From assembly GCA_051362555.1 (NCBI GenBank), contig CM120642.1:20026001-20090000 (forward strand): 64,000 nucleotides of DNA, written 5' to 3'. The DNA is from Lingula anatina (lineage: Eukaryota; Animalia; Brachiopoda). Shown here one piece after another: positions 11,460 through 23,400 of this stretch; positions within the stretch are counted from its first letter, which is position 1, and each line of letters opens with the position of its first letter. The position numbers were made by a program, and so were the translations under genes. Under the pieces are notes generated by a model that worked only from the letters and a program-made list of their open reading frames with translations, made no database searches and was not told where the DNA came from.

Positions 11460-14400
11460 TTCCCCCCTTTTTTTATTGATTTAAAACCCATTAAATGTCT
11501 TCTCACTTTCAAGGTATTTCTCCTTTTTGTATTGTGATCCAGTATTTAGAATTTTAAAATCAGATACACTGTATCAGAGAAAGTCATTTGGCAGTTTCAA
11601 TCTAGCAGAATTTTTGCAATTTTTTAAAATTAATCAACAGCACAAAAAAAAAACATCTTTAATAAAAGGCACAATAATTGAAGACAATACTGGCAAGGTT
11701 AAAAGTAGAGCAATCCAGAATAGTGAAAACCAATTCCACTGCAGTTTCTTCACCAAGTGAAGTTAAATTGAATAATGGATAAACCAATTTTAAGCCACAT
11801 GTACAATATAATGTACAGCCAACTTGGTCTATACACACATGTTAAGACTAAATACTACCAAAAATAGTTAACTTGCTCCTTTCATATATTTTACATAAAT
11901 TTTACTTCATTCTCCAACTTAGATAGATTAAATTCCAATTAAACAAGCCTCAATTTCCTTCATGAACACACATGGACATATTTGGACTCATATTTGCGTG
12001 CAATCTTGTTTCATCTGCCCCCCCCCCCCCCCATCTCCACACATAAACTGTAACAATCTTAAAATTCCCATCGATCTCTAATGTCATGTAATATTACATG
12101 CTACATGATCACAGCCGAGTAGACAGGATATTTCTCACCTTTTCCTTCTCTTAGGGGTACGTAACAACTACAATATTTCTAAGCACTTGTTCCTCTTCTT
12201 AATATATCTGCCTAGAAGGGGTACACTGGCAGAGACCATGTCACCCTGCTCAGCTCTGCTAAGTGGTTGCATGTCAACCCATATTTGTTTCTCGCCCTCG
12301 GCAACATAGCACAGACAATTATGGTAATTTACTCTAACCCTGTACATGACACTCAGTGAGGCAGCTTGTCTACTTTGGGGAAAATATCTGGAGGTGGATT
12401 TACAGTCGATTTGTGACCATTTGATTCAGTGCATCTACATTATACACAAGCATGTAATTTCTTAAATTTTTTAACAATATTGTCTTGACCACAAAAAGAT
12501 TCAACAGGTTAATATAATGTGTCCATTTAAAAGACAAAAATATTTTTATCAATTTGCTTTGAAACTAAAAACATCCTGATTTACAAATTCAAACTGATCT
12601 CACAAATATGTAAAATGCATAATTTGTAAAACCTAGCAGCCTTGTTGCTAAGAAACTTTAGATCAACAATAACTTTCTCCTACAGCTATGGAGAACTAAA
12701 CAATTACAATCATTAATGCAAGCGTAAATTAACTAAAAAGTTTTGTTCTTAAAATACATATTGCCACAATTGTACGCATCGGTGCAAAACAAAAAAAAAT
12801 TCCAAGTTAGTCCAATGGGGGATGTATATTAAACAAAAAAATTTTTCATGACTTAAATTCTTTGACTAATGTGCACCCAAGCAAAACAAAACAATTATCA
12901 CTGTTGTAAATGAAAAACTGATTTTTATAGCATTTGAAGTAAACAAGCAACATTACCTAATAAATAATCCAATCCTCACAAATTCTACTCACCATGTGTT
13001 TGAAAAAATGTTATGCAAAATCTAAGTCAGTTCACAGTCATATCAATACTCACCTAAAATGCACAAAATATCTTTAAAATCAATATTATGACTGGATTTT
13101 GAAGTCTAAAACTAAAACTCTCTCTCGCCTTCCCTCCAGAGAAAGTGAAATGTGAAACTTGAATTCTACTTACCTAGTTTTATTTCTCTCAGTACAAAAT
13201 GTGACCTACCTGATAGTTATAATGAGCCAGGTTGACAAAACTATGCTTTTTCCCCGTCCCCTCCAACGCTGACCAGCTTGCGGACAGTTTTCTTCAACAA
13301 AGGAGAGATTATGACCACATAAGCTATATGAATGCTACGGTGCGGAAGGTTATATTATGGGTAAATTCAATACAAAATACAACAATCTTTATCAACTTAT
13401 CATCAGTATACAAACATGGATTACTAGTGTATTGATTATCCGTATTCCTGGCACCAAAACTGAATGGATACAGAAATAGATTATGTGAATGCATAGTTTA
13501 AGAGCAAATTTTTAAGGTAAATAAAGAAAACACTGACAGTTTCAAGAGATATAAACTGAATACTCAAATTTTAAAATGCCTTAAATTACTTTATGCAGTA
13601 TGTCATCTTTGCTTAACTTCAAAATAATATCAATTTTTCACCATCATTGGTGTTTTGAATTTTTGCTATTAGTAATATTAAAATGAAATAAAAAATAGGA
13701 AAAAATTTAAATAACTTCTATGGTAAAAAAAATGGATCTTTGCAATAAATTGTCTCCAACTTTTACATGATTTCAGTTTATTAATAATGTATCAAATGTG
13801 GGACTTCAAACAAACAAACGAAACCTTCCCGTAATTTTAAAGTCAATTCACTTCATTTATTCATCATATTTCAAATATTGTTTTTAAATACTTCATACAA
13901 TATGTGCAGGGTGGGTAGGAAGTTGCAACTTTAGTATCCTAACACCCTGAGAGGAGGAAATATGTACCTGACCATTATAACCACATTCAGTTACAATAAT
14001 ACAATAAATACCTTATGTCCATTGTACCGTGAAATATCATATAATACAAATAAACACAATATGTTGAAGGATATAGGAAATGAAATGTGTGTGTGCAAAC
14101 TTAGAGCCCCCTTTTCAATGAAAGTTTAAACAAGACTGACTTGATTCCTTAGCTACAGTTGTGGTTTCAAGCGGTCTTTAGCCAGTGTATGGATATTGTG
14201 TCCCTGTTTAAGGTTTTCTACACGAGGTTTTTCGCGCCAAACCTACTTGAAGGCAAATTTCTTCTACAGCATGTTCCTACACTTGAATCTGATGGGGTTT
14301 TTTTACCATTTCTTACTAAATAATAAATTGTTAGAACTTTACAAAAGATGAAACCAATACTATTTACCGGATTTCCTGCCACTCTACGTGTACATGTACA

Positions 14401-14929
14401 GTGTACAGTGTAGATCTTTTTTTTAACCCTTTTTCTTATCACAGAAATCTTACTGCCCCCCCCCCCCCAAATATTCATTCCTGCCTCTTCGTTACAAAAA
14501 CTACATAAATTTGACCCCCCCCCCCACACACACACACGTGTACACACACATGCGCGCGCCCGCGCGCCGGTCTCTACGTCCCTTAAATCTTTGATCATCA
14601 TCTTCAGTAACCCCACATCTTGTAAATGAATAGCTGAGCCAAGAAGGTTGGTGATTGCGTTTTCTCACCAGTAGCAATCACTGTGTTGAGTGTACAACCA
14701 AGGAAAACCATAAACCAGCGAGGTTTAATGTAAAGGAAAAGGAAGCAGTTTTTACTTTACTTTTTTAAAAGTTATTACTCAACAGATGTTTTAACTTTTA
14801 AGTTAAAAAACTACTAATAACAACGCGCTCACGCACACACTCACACACACGCACACATTCACACACAACCACACACAAGCACAAACGCACACTTTCAAAC
14901 TTTCAAACTCATATGAGAGGCCTACTACT

Positions 14930-15140
14930 CTACGCGTGTTAGACACGGCATTCTAATGAAAAGACAGCAGATAAGAAGACTGCTCTAACAAGGAAATCAT
15001 TTCTGTTCGGTCTTGAGTTTTAGATGACGTTGTTGCTGTCGAAGAACGATGTTCATTTGCTTTGAGGTTTTTCTTTTAATTAGTAGTCTAAGCGACAGTT
15101 TGCATTGGTCTACTCGTCTCCCCAGAAAGCCGGGAAATGT
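14930..15140 (-). promoter_or_regulatory. Probable main promoter region of the ABCC gene
   Basis: CpG frequency recovers here after ~14 kb of depletion. Minus-strand CCAAT near 15104-15108, TGACGT near 15025, TTTCCCGG near 15131-15138, and a candidate first-exon donor CTG|GTGAGA at 14669. The position is inferred. Confidence 0.4.
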
Positions 15141-15190
15141 TAGAATCAATATATTATTCCTACTTTTACTTTATTTATTTATTCATTATG

Positions 15191-15482
15191 CAGTGGCGGA
15201 TTTAGAGGGGGGTCAGGGGGTCCTGACACCCCTCCCCTTCGGTTTCTGAAAAATATGTCATACCAATATTCCCCTCTTGAAATTAGAATTTTGACTAGCT
15301 AAATCATAGTTATAAACCGTTCCAAAGGGCACTGTTTGCTCTCCAAAGCACCAAAACTTTTTCGGGGCCCTTGAGCAGGCCCTGAATCCCACACCAAGGG
15401 GGAGATCGTCGGCTTCGCATCCGAGGCCTGTCGTTCCGGACCCCCCCCCCCCCCCCTTCAAATAATCCTGGATCTGCCCCTG
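15191..15482. mobile_element. CAG..CTG MITE, family A copy 1 (hAT-like), 5-bp TSD TTATG
   Basis: Starts CAGTGGCGGATTTAG and ends CCTGGATCTGCCCCTG. TTATG flanks both sides (15186-15190, 15483-15487). Internal sequence is shared with copies at 19030 and 30798. Confidence 0.85.
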
Positions 15483-17242
15483 TTATGCCTCTATTTATTT
15501 TTTATTTATTTTGTTTTAAGGTTGGGGTTGATTTGTAGCAATGTTAAATAGCAAAAATAATGCATAGTAACCTGTACCCATTTTAACCCGTCCGTCAAGC
15601 GTGGGTTTTAAGTTTTCTGCTTTCATTTGCTGGAATTTCCTATATTAAAAATGAACACCAGCGACAATTTATCTTCAAGGAGCCCATAAACACCAACACG
15701 AGGTATTACCTCATTTCATTAAATCAAATTAAATCAAATCAATAAAATCGCACCGGATGATTATTTTTCCATCATCACATTAACCGATATTTCGATTACT
15801 ATAGCATCTATGCAATGAAGTGGAGGGACGTGATGAATGTTTTCATTAATTATAAGTTTCGTTTGCCATAACAAATTGCCAATAAAAATAGTTTCCCCAA
15901 CTGCTACCGGGTAGATTATACATGTATATGGACGGCCTTTTGACTTTTTTCATCTTATAAGAAAAATATATGTATCAAATATAAAATGTTAAAAGAGGCA
16001 TAATCTTATATGCCCCATCTGCGTTGAGGATACAAATAAAATGAAACTTTTTAAGTATAGTAAATTCAAAGTGTAAATAGATTCAAAGTTACGACTTTTT
16101 TCTGTGTACAATGAAAGTACCTAAAATAAACACTCACGTGCAACATTGCTGTTTACAAAAAAATATCACATTTCATCTTTTATTTCAAACATAACAATAA
16201 ATCGCCAAAAGAATAATATCCATAAAAATGGAATTACATTGTATATAAACATTATCTGACTCTCATAAATAAAATAGTGTCCCCCGCATGGGTCTTTAAG
16301 AATTTGGATGAGTCTACGAGAGTGCTGGCAAATTTCACTAACGGCACTGCGTGACAAATTATCAGCAAAGAATAACAAAAATATAGGTATATATTAAATA
16401 AAAATGATACATGATTTAACATCTGCGAGCCGTCATGCAGCGGCTACAGTAACGTGTGCATGTGTATATATATATATACTGTGCATAACATGTACGTATG
16501 ACAATGCACTCACTGGTCTAGTTGTCAGCCCTCCCCCCCCCCCCCCCCCCAAAAAAAAATAATATTAATAAATAAAATGGAATAAAATAAAAACAATCAC
16601 GCAAACTCTATTGACTAATTGGTTCGTTGTCTGAGAACAAAACCGGTCAACGGTCATCTCGCGGACAACGACTAAACCAGTCCACTGAACTTACAATTTA
16701 AATCGCATATTCCGATGGTTTTCGGAATATAAAGGGCGTGTTTATCTCCTAAACGTACAGTTGGCCTTGCTCATTTGTTAATTGAGGTATCCTTGGGTCT
16801 TTCTTACCCAAAGCATCAGGTAGGTTGTGTGTCAATTTTTTTCCCTGTGGCGCAGCCAAGCAGGTCTATAGATCGAGAATTCAACCTTTTTCTATTCTGC
16901 AAACCGAGGCCATTCACGCCGCAAGTTTTAGTTTAATAAGTCCGATGCAAAGAAAATGAAATCTGTCTAACATTGAGTCCGCTCTCCATTAGATTCGTAC
17001 AGGTTAGGGTTGGCGTGACGCAAGCGGGTGCTAGGACAGGGTTTGCCCTTACAAATCAGAGGACACCGGACACTGCACTTCAGGAGACAATTCCGAACGT
17101 GGCGCCGATCCTTATATCATTTCATTTTCATACCTTCATAGGAGCACGCTCATTGTAAAAGCTTCGGCTCTTAAACTCCGACTAGCCTCTCGGGAGGCTG
17201 GCGTAGATAAATCTTAGTGTCCTCTCCCTTTTATTACTTCTT

Positions 17243-17424
17243 TCAATAATGGAATGCGGATTTAGAATTACTCTGTTCTTTCGGCAGGACGGGAGTTATT
17301 GTGCGCTTCTTTTTCTTAGGACGGCAAATAAACAGTATCAGTCTTGTGAAGCCGAACTCGATGAATTCAACTAAAGTTAGCAGGCTGAAGCCCATGAAAA
17401 GCCCAAACTGACCTCCCAGGTCAC
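17243..17424 (-). CDS. DEG/ENaC coding exon 9 (TM2, GFS filter, C-terminus)
   Basis: ttttcag|GT GAC CTG GGA GGT CAG...; encodes DLGGQFGLFMGFSLLTLVEFIEF...SAFHY then TGA. Confidence 0.95.
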
Positions 17425-20400
17425 CTGAAAACAGATGATTTAAAAATATTACATACACATTTGTCTGCTGTGAGTGCCCGCGTGTGTACCCGTGTTGTGT
17501 AATTCGTTTTCAGAGACCGCGTTTGTGTGTGCGTGTTTATACCTTTGCATGTGTTTTTACGCACACTTGTGTGTATGTTTGCCTAAGTGCTTGAACTTGT
17601 TGAAATGCATGTTTAAATATTTTTGTGAAAATTCAGTATTCTGATCAATTCAGCGTAATAGAATAACCGTGTGACTAAGTGACGATGAATTTTTAATGTT
17701 CGATAGAGGCCGTGCCACCATACGGATTGATACTGTGTGTGGTCCGTCAAGTGGGCCCTAGTCATTAAAAGCAATTTCGATACCTACCAGTAAAGTGACA
17801 CACGCAAACAACAAAGAGTGAAAGCAAAATCGATTTTCAGACTTTCCTGTGTAACATAACGTTATATCGTTAGCTCATATCAACGAGCTTGCTATTCTTT
17901 CCCGTGACTTTGAACGTACCCAAAGGATCCATTTATCGGGAATAAAAATCACAAAAAACTTTTTTGTGTTTGTATGGAACTCTGCTTGACAATCGACCGT
18001 GGGATATCGTTGCCCAGCACAATACACAGGGTATAGAACAAATGTATGACCATATAATGAGTAAATATGTTATTATGCCCACGGGATCCGTTTACCGGAC
18101 AATAAACAGCGTTACGGGCATTAATTCAACAGTGTTTAAGAATATGTGTTCATGCCATTAAACTGTCAATAATATGGAATAAGTTACCGATATAATTGTC
18201 CAAATTTTCTTATCACTTACAACTTTACTCAAAACAAAAAATAAAACTGAGCTTATATTCTGTGAATGGCCACCTCTATAATTTAATGAAAAGTTGGGTT
18301 TGGGCCCAAATGAATAAAGACAAATTATTATATTTAAAAAATATATATTATGTATATATATCTATATACAACTTACTTATCAAACCCGATGACTCGATGG
18401 CCGGCAATTGTTCGCTAATTACGTAATTTAAGTCTTGGAAGAAAATATCCAGCACGAGAATGTTTTTCCTGAAATGAGAAAAATTTGCTCATAATCATCA
18501 AACTTATTTGCACTTCCATCTGCAGTATGCTTTTTGTGTGAGTGTGTGTGTGTGAACTGAAAGCTTTTGTCAGTTGGAATGCTTTCCCAAGTTTGAAAGA
18601 TGAGCAACTCAAGTGCATGATAATTTCGTTTCAAATGCGGTGTCTTAAACAACATAATTTCTCTTTTATAAAGGTATTGATTTTTCTAAAAGCTGCTGAG
18701 TTTTATTTGTTCAACATTTTAGCCGTATAATATACTTACTCGATATCGGACTGTGCTACGCCGTATTCCATGGCCACCTCAGGTGCAGTTTCGTCGCTGG
18801 GAAGCTTGGCGTAGGAGAGATAGGTCTCGTAATTCACGCTCTGACATGGGATTTTGCAGGGGCACATGTGCGTAAAATTCTTCTTAATTTCCACTGGAAT
18901 GAAACAATTATGAATGCATACATATTTTACGATTTGAAAGTTTTGTAACAATGCAATTTAATGGAAGGTTATTGCTTCAGGAATCACTTGAACAATAGTT
19001 ACTGAGAAGAAGGACAAGGCATATGTATGCAGTGGCGGATTTAGCGGGGGGGGGGGGGGGGGGTCAGGGGGGTCCTGACCCCCCCCCCCCTTCCATTTCT
19101 AAAACGAAATCACACCAATGGTCCCCTCTTGAAGTTATAATTTTGACTTGCTGAATCATAGTTTTAAATCGTACCAAATGGCACCGTTCGCCCTCTAAAT
19201 AATTTTTTTCGGGCCCCTTTTTCCGCGGACCCCCTCTTCAAATAATCCTGGATCCGCCCTTGCATGTATGTGTGTACTAGCTGGACAACAGGGTCACACT
19301 GTCTATATGGCCAAGCTCTTTTATTTTTAAATTTTACTTAGTCGTCATTTTTTCTCTGTGACACAAAACAAAGCAAAATGATACAGGATATTTTCTGTTG
19401 AAAATCGAGAAAACGGACCTTAAAGCCGATATTTCAACAATGACAATATCAGATTTATTGGACTCAAATGCACCCCAAACCAATTAAAGATAATGTTAAA
19501 CCTTACAAACATTACGATGTGACACCGTAATTTATCATTGGTCATCTGAGAATTGAAAATGGAGAAAAAAACAGCATATCTGATACTAATGACCTGCTCA
19601 GCCTGGTCAACTTTCAAGATGATTGATGGCTGCCACATAAAATCATGCTTCACCCCCGAAATTACTAGAATTCTACGTCGATATACGACACATGATAAGG
19701 CATTTGAATTATTACTTACAAATATGAATACTGACACGTGTCTTTTATGATAAATTTCCTCAAATTCAAAATTCTCATATATAAAACATGCTCCCGCGAC
19801 AGTGATTGATTTGTTTTCATCACAAAACAACCTTGTTTGTCCTTGCCTTCCTTCACCCTTCCCGCCTCCTTTTCCTCCCTTCTGAATAACTGAGACTGCC
19901 CAATATTTCTTCCTCTTCGAGCACGTGTTGATATGGACGTTATTGTATCAACAAAATTTGGGTTAAATATTAATGTACTTAGCAAACAAGCCCGTAGGCG
20001 GCGGGGGGAGGAAAGGCTGGGGGGAGGCTATTGCGAAATGCCCTTTAGGACAGGAAGAGGATTCTCTGTGCACCAAAATTTGATCTTGGTTCCGTGCTGA
20101 ACATTATGGTAAAGAAGTTCCCCATTTCAGAAAAATACCCCCCCCCCCCACACACACACACACTTCGAAATTGCTTGCTATTGGTCTGCCAAAGGAGACC
20201 ACGTCACAAAGTTTAGCTGTGCTAATGTAGCAACCTAATCGAATCACACAATGTTTTTAAAGGTAACTATCTATTTTTAAATAGAAAAAAAGAAATTAAA
20301 AATATAAATTTCTTCGAATTAATCATCTAAATAAAAACGTTTACCAGTGTTCTTTGTACATTGGTTTAATCACAAACTAACCTACTATATTTTTGACGAA

Positions 20401-23400
20401 ATGCAGTGGTATAAAAACTGGGTGATACGCAGATATCAATATTTCATCTGGAAAAATTCTTCTGACGTTTAAACTCAATTCTTGTCCAGCTATTTAACTC
20501 AAAATTTGAATGAAAGCCAATACTGTATATGGAATTTTTTAATTTGAGGCCTATTCATACTAAATTTCCATTCATCGTTTCCACTACCCCATCACCTCTG
20601 CCAACATCTGTTAGTAATTTCTACTACGTGCTTTTGTTTGAAAGAATAAGAATACATTAAAGAAAAAAACTATTTTTTACTTACGTAAAATTGGTTTCAC
20701 ACACTCTACTATCTGCTTAGGGGAACACACTTCACCTGGGCCTGGAAAACGCCAAATTTAGATAACAACATCGGTTTAAAAAAATGCTTGACACGAGTTA
20801 ACGGAAGGGCAAATTACCCTAACGACACTTGCCACATTGGCTTGTGTCGTGTCATATATTGTGTGCCGTAACTAGGACGTCACGTGATCAGACATCAGGC
20901 TGTCCTTTGAGTCCTGCAAATTATTTAATATTTACAGAGAATAAAAAAAGTTTCAATAATAGGTTCTTCTTCATTTTGTTTGATAACATTTAGAAGGAAT
21001 ACTGAACACTAACAGAAAATAATCTTAATTCAGAGTCGACTTTACGATAATCCATGTTGCTGCCAATGATTTTATAGCGAAAGCAGATTTTTTAAAGATA
21101 AAATATAGCAGGAATTCAAAAGTTGTGTATGATTCTAATACGTAATTGTAAACACGAAAAATGTTTCTTTTAAACTAGATCACACACAGCATAAGGTGTA
21201 AAAATTAAAAGAACAGAAGAGAAAAAATTAATCTTCGATAACTTCTATAACTTTTTTGTTGTTTGAAATAAAAGGTTATAGAAAGCCAGAAGTTTTCACT
21301 TAAAAAGTAACTCAAATCCCGTTTACATGTCATAGGATTTAAAAATTCCTATTTTCGTTTAGGGCATCTTGTGCTGAGAGCCTTTTAAATACACTTCAAA
21401 GAATGAAATACATTTTTGAGCAAAAAAAAAAAAAAAACATACATACATACATACACACACTGAAGAAAAATCAGAAATTTACCTGGATAGTTGAGTAATT
21501 TGCATGTACAGTTGCCCATCATGTGGTCCAGTTTACACTCCTGGACACACGCGGACATCGTATACACCGAGTAGTATTTCAGAGGCGAGGCTCTGTCACA
21601 TATCCCATACGGCGGCTCCATCTCTGCGGACTGAAGTACAAGAGAGAAAGTTCCCTATGACAACAACCTTGGGAATGAGGGACAAAGACACCCCCCACCC
21701 CCCGAGACCCTGCATTTCCACCCCAGGTCGATGGTTTGAAAGATATCCACAAACTGACAGACGTTTGGAGGGCACCGTTTCTGCAAAATGCTGCTTACTT
21801 TTGAGCGAACGAAAAAAGTATAGTAAGTCATCCAAAGAAGAAATCTAGCAAATGCAAATGCGAGTTGTTACAGCTGAAAACTTATTCAAACACAAAATTC
21901 TTTTCCTATGCGCGTTTTCCTATTTTTTTTATGGTTATCTTATTTATTTAATTCGCCCATGTTTGTTAATTAATTTATTTATCTCATTTTATTATACAAA
22001 TTGAGAAAGCGGTTATTCAGTTATTTTGACATAATTACATACATCTGTCCGTTTCACCCCGGCGTAGGCGTGGAAGCCAGGAGGGACGGCCAGACTCTTG
22101 GTCTCCATCATTGGGGGCTCAGACTGGTTGTGCACCTGGAACAACAGGCCCACCTCGATAGGGTCGCCCCTCTCCATTTTGTTGGTGTACTCACTCTGAA
22201 AGCATACGAAAAAAGATGATGCAAGCGAAAGGTGTCTGTCGCACAGGTAGTTTTACGTGTAGTAGTATAGGGACATTGTTTTTTGTTTATTACCAGCTGA
22301 ACTTAAGAAATTATGTATATTTGATTTTTGGCAATAGTGTTTGCTCCAAAAGGTCACGGAATGACACGAAGAAATGAAATGGAAGCGCATAAATTGAAGA
22401 TTCTGCAATTTTCAGGACACTGTGATAAGAGAATTCAGGCCGTGTAGTCCCCAGGACTAGAAAATATTGGAAATGTAATTTTTCTATATGTGTAGTTCAT
22501 TAACCCAGGCTTTCAGATATATCAGCCTCTTGATTTGAAGCGGGGGTGTAAGGAAATTTGAAAATGGTGTGTGTGTGTGTGTGTGTGTGTGTGGTAGGGG
22601 GAGGCTGGAAGGTGAGTCAGAAATCCTTCAAAAAAAAACATCACATATGACTTTAATAGAAACACAGTCAAACCTCTCCTCATAGACTAGATCCAAACCG
22701 CTACTATCGAAAATCAAAGGAATAAAAAAACTGACATAAGTGGAAGGGAGCAGCTCAATAACTGATCTCCCCTTACACTTACCTGTTCGATATTGACGAT
22801 TAATTTCAACCCGTTTCCAATGCCGGGCTGATCTTGAAACACGCGTGGCTTAGAGTTGGGCACGGCATTGAAGGTGTAACATAATCCGTATTCCGTCAAC
22901 ACGGGGGTGAAGGACTGTAAAAGTTAGAAATCAATACTGAATTAGATACACGGCTATCATTTCAAATATGCAGTGATAGAGGTAGTGGTTTTGGTAATCA
23001 TTTATACGTCTCATTTCATAACCGCGTGTCGTTCATTTTGATCCTAATAAGTTGGCTCTTGGCGTGCAGAGGTCTTTGACACTGCCTGTCCCCAGAGAGG
23101 GAGGGGCATGTATTAAAATACATTGCATTACTTTATACATGTTTTTATTGTCTAGACTATAACATGACAGGGATATGTTACAGTGAACGAGTTTCTGTCA
23201 GTCACTTATTTGTTCAGTTTGTTCTATACTAGGTTATTACATAAAGGGATAATAACTCTTCGTTTCGGCCAAAAAATGAATTTTCCTGGAGTAAACAACA
23301 ATTTTCCCATACTTACCAATGGTTAATGAATCCATTTTTACTTTCAAAGTTAGTCCCTGGTATTTTTCTAAAAAGTTTGGTTTTTTGTTAAAATCTCTTA

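Noticed and set aside
14218-14616. 132-aa minus ORF containing GNPVNSIGFIF, considered as the canonical ABCC4 exon 1
   Set aside because: Spacing to the conserved W is wrong, the nearby GT would be phase 1 rather than 2, and the ORF crosses G-runs and (GT)n repeats.
18428-18655. ORF with KRNYHALELLIF, superficially like the DEG/ENaC palm strand
   Set aside because: No compatible splice sites. The real exon is 18377-18468 in another frame.
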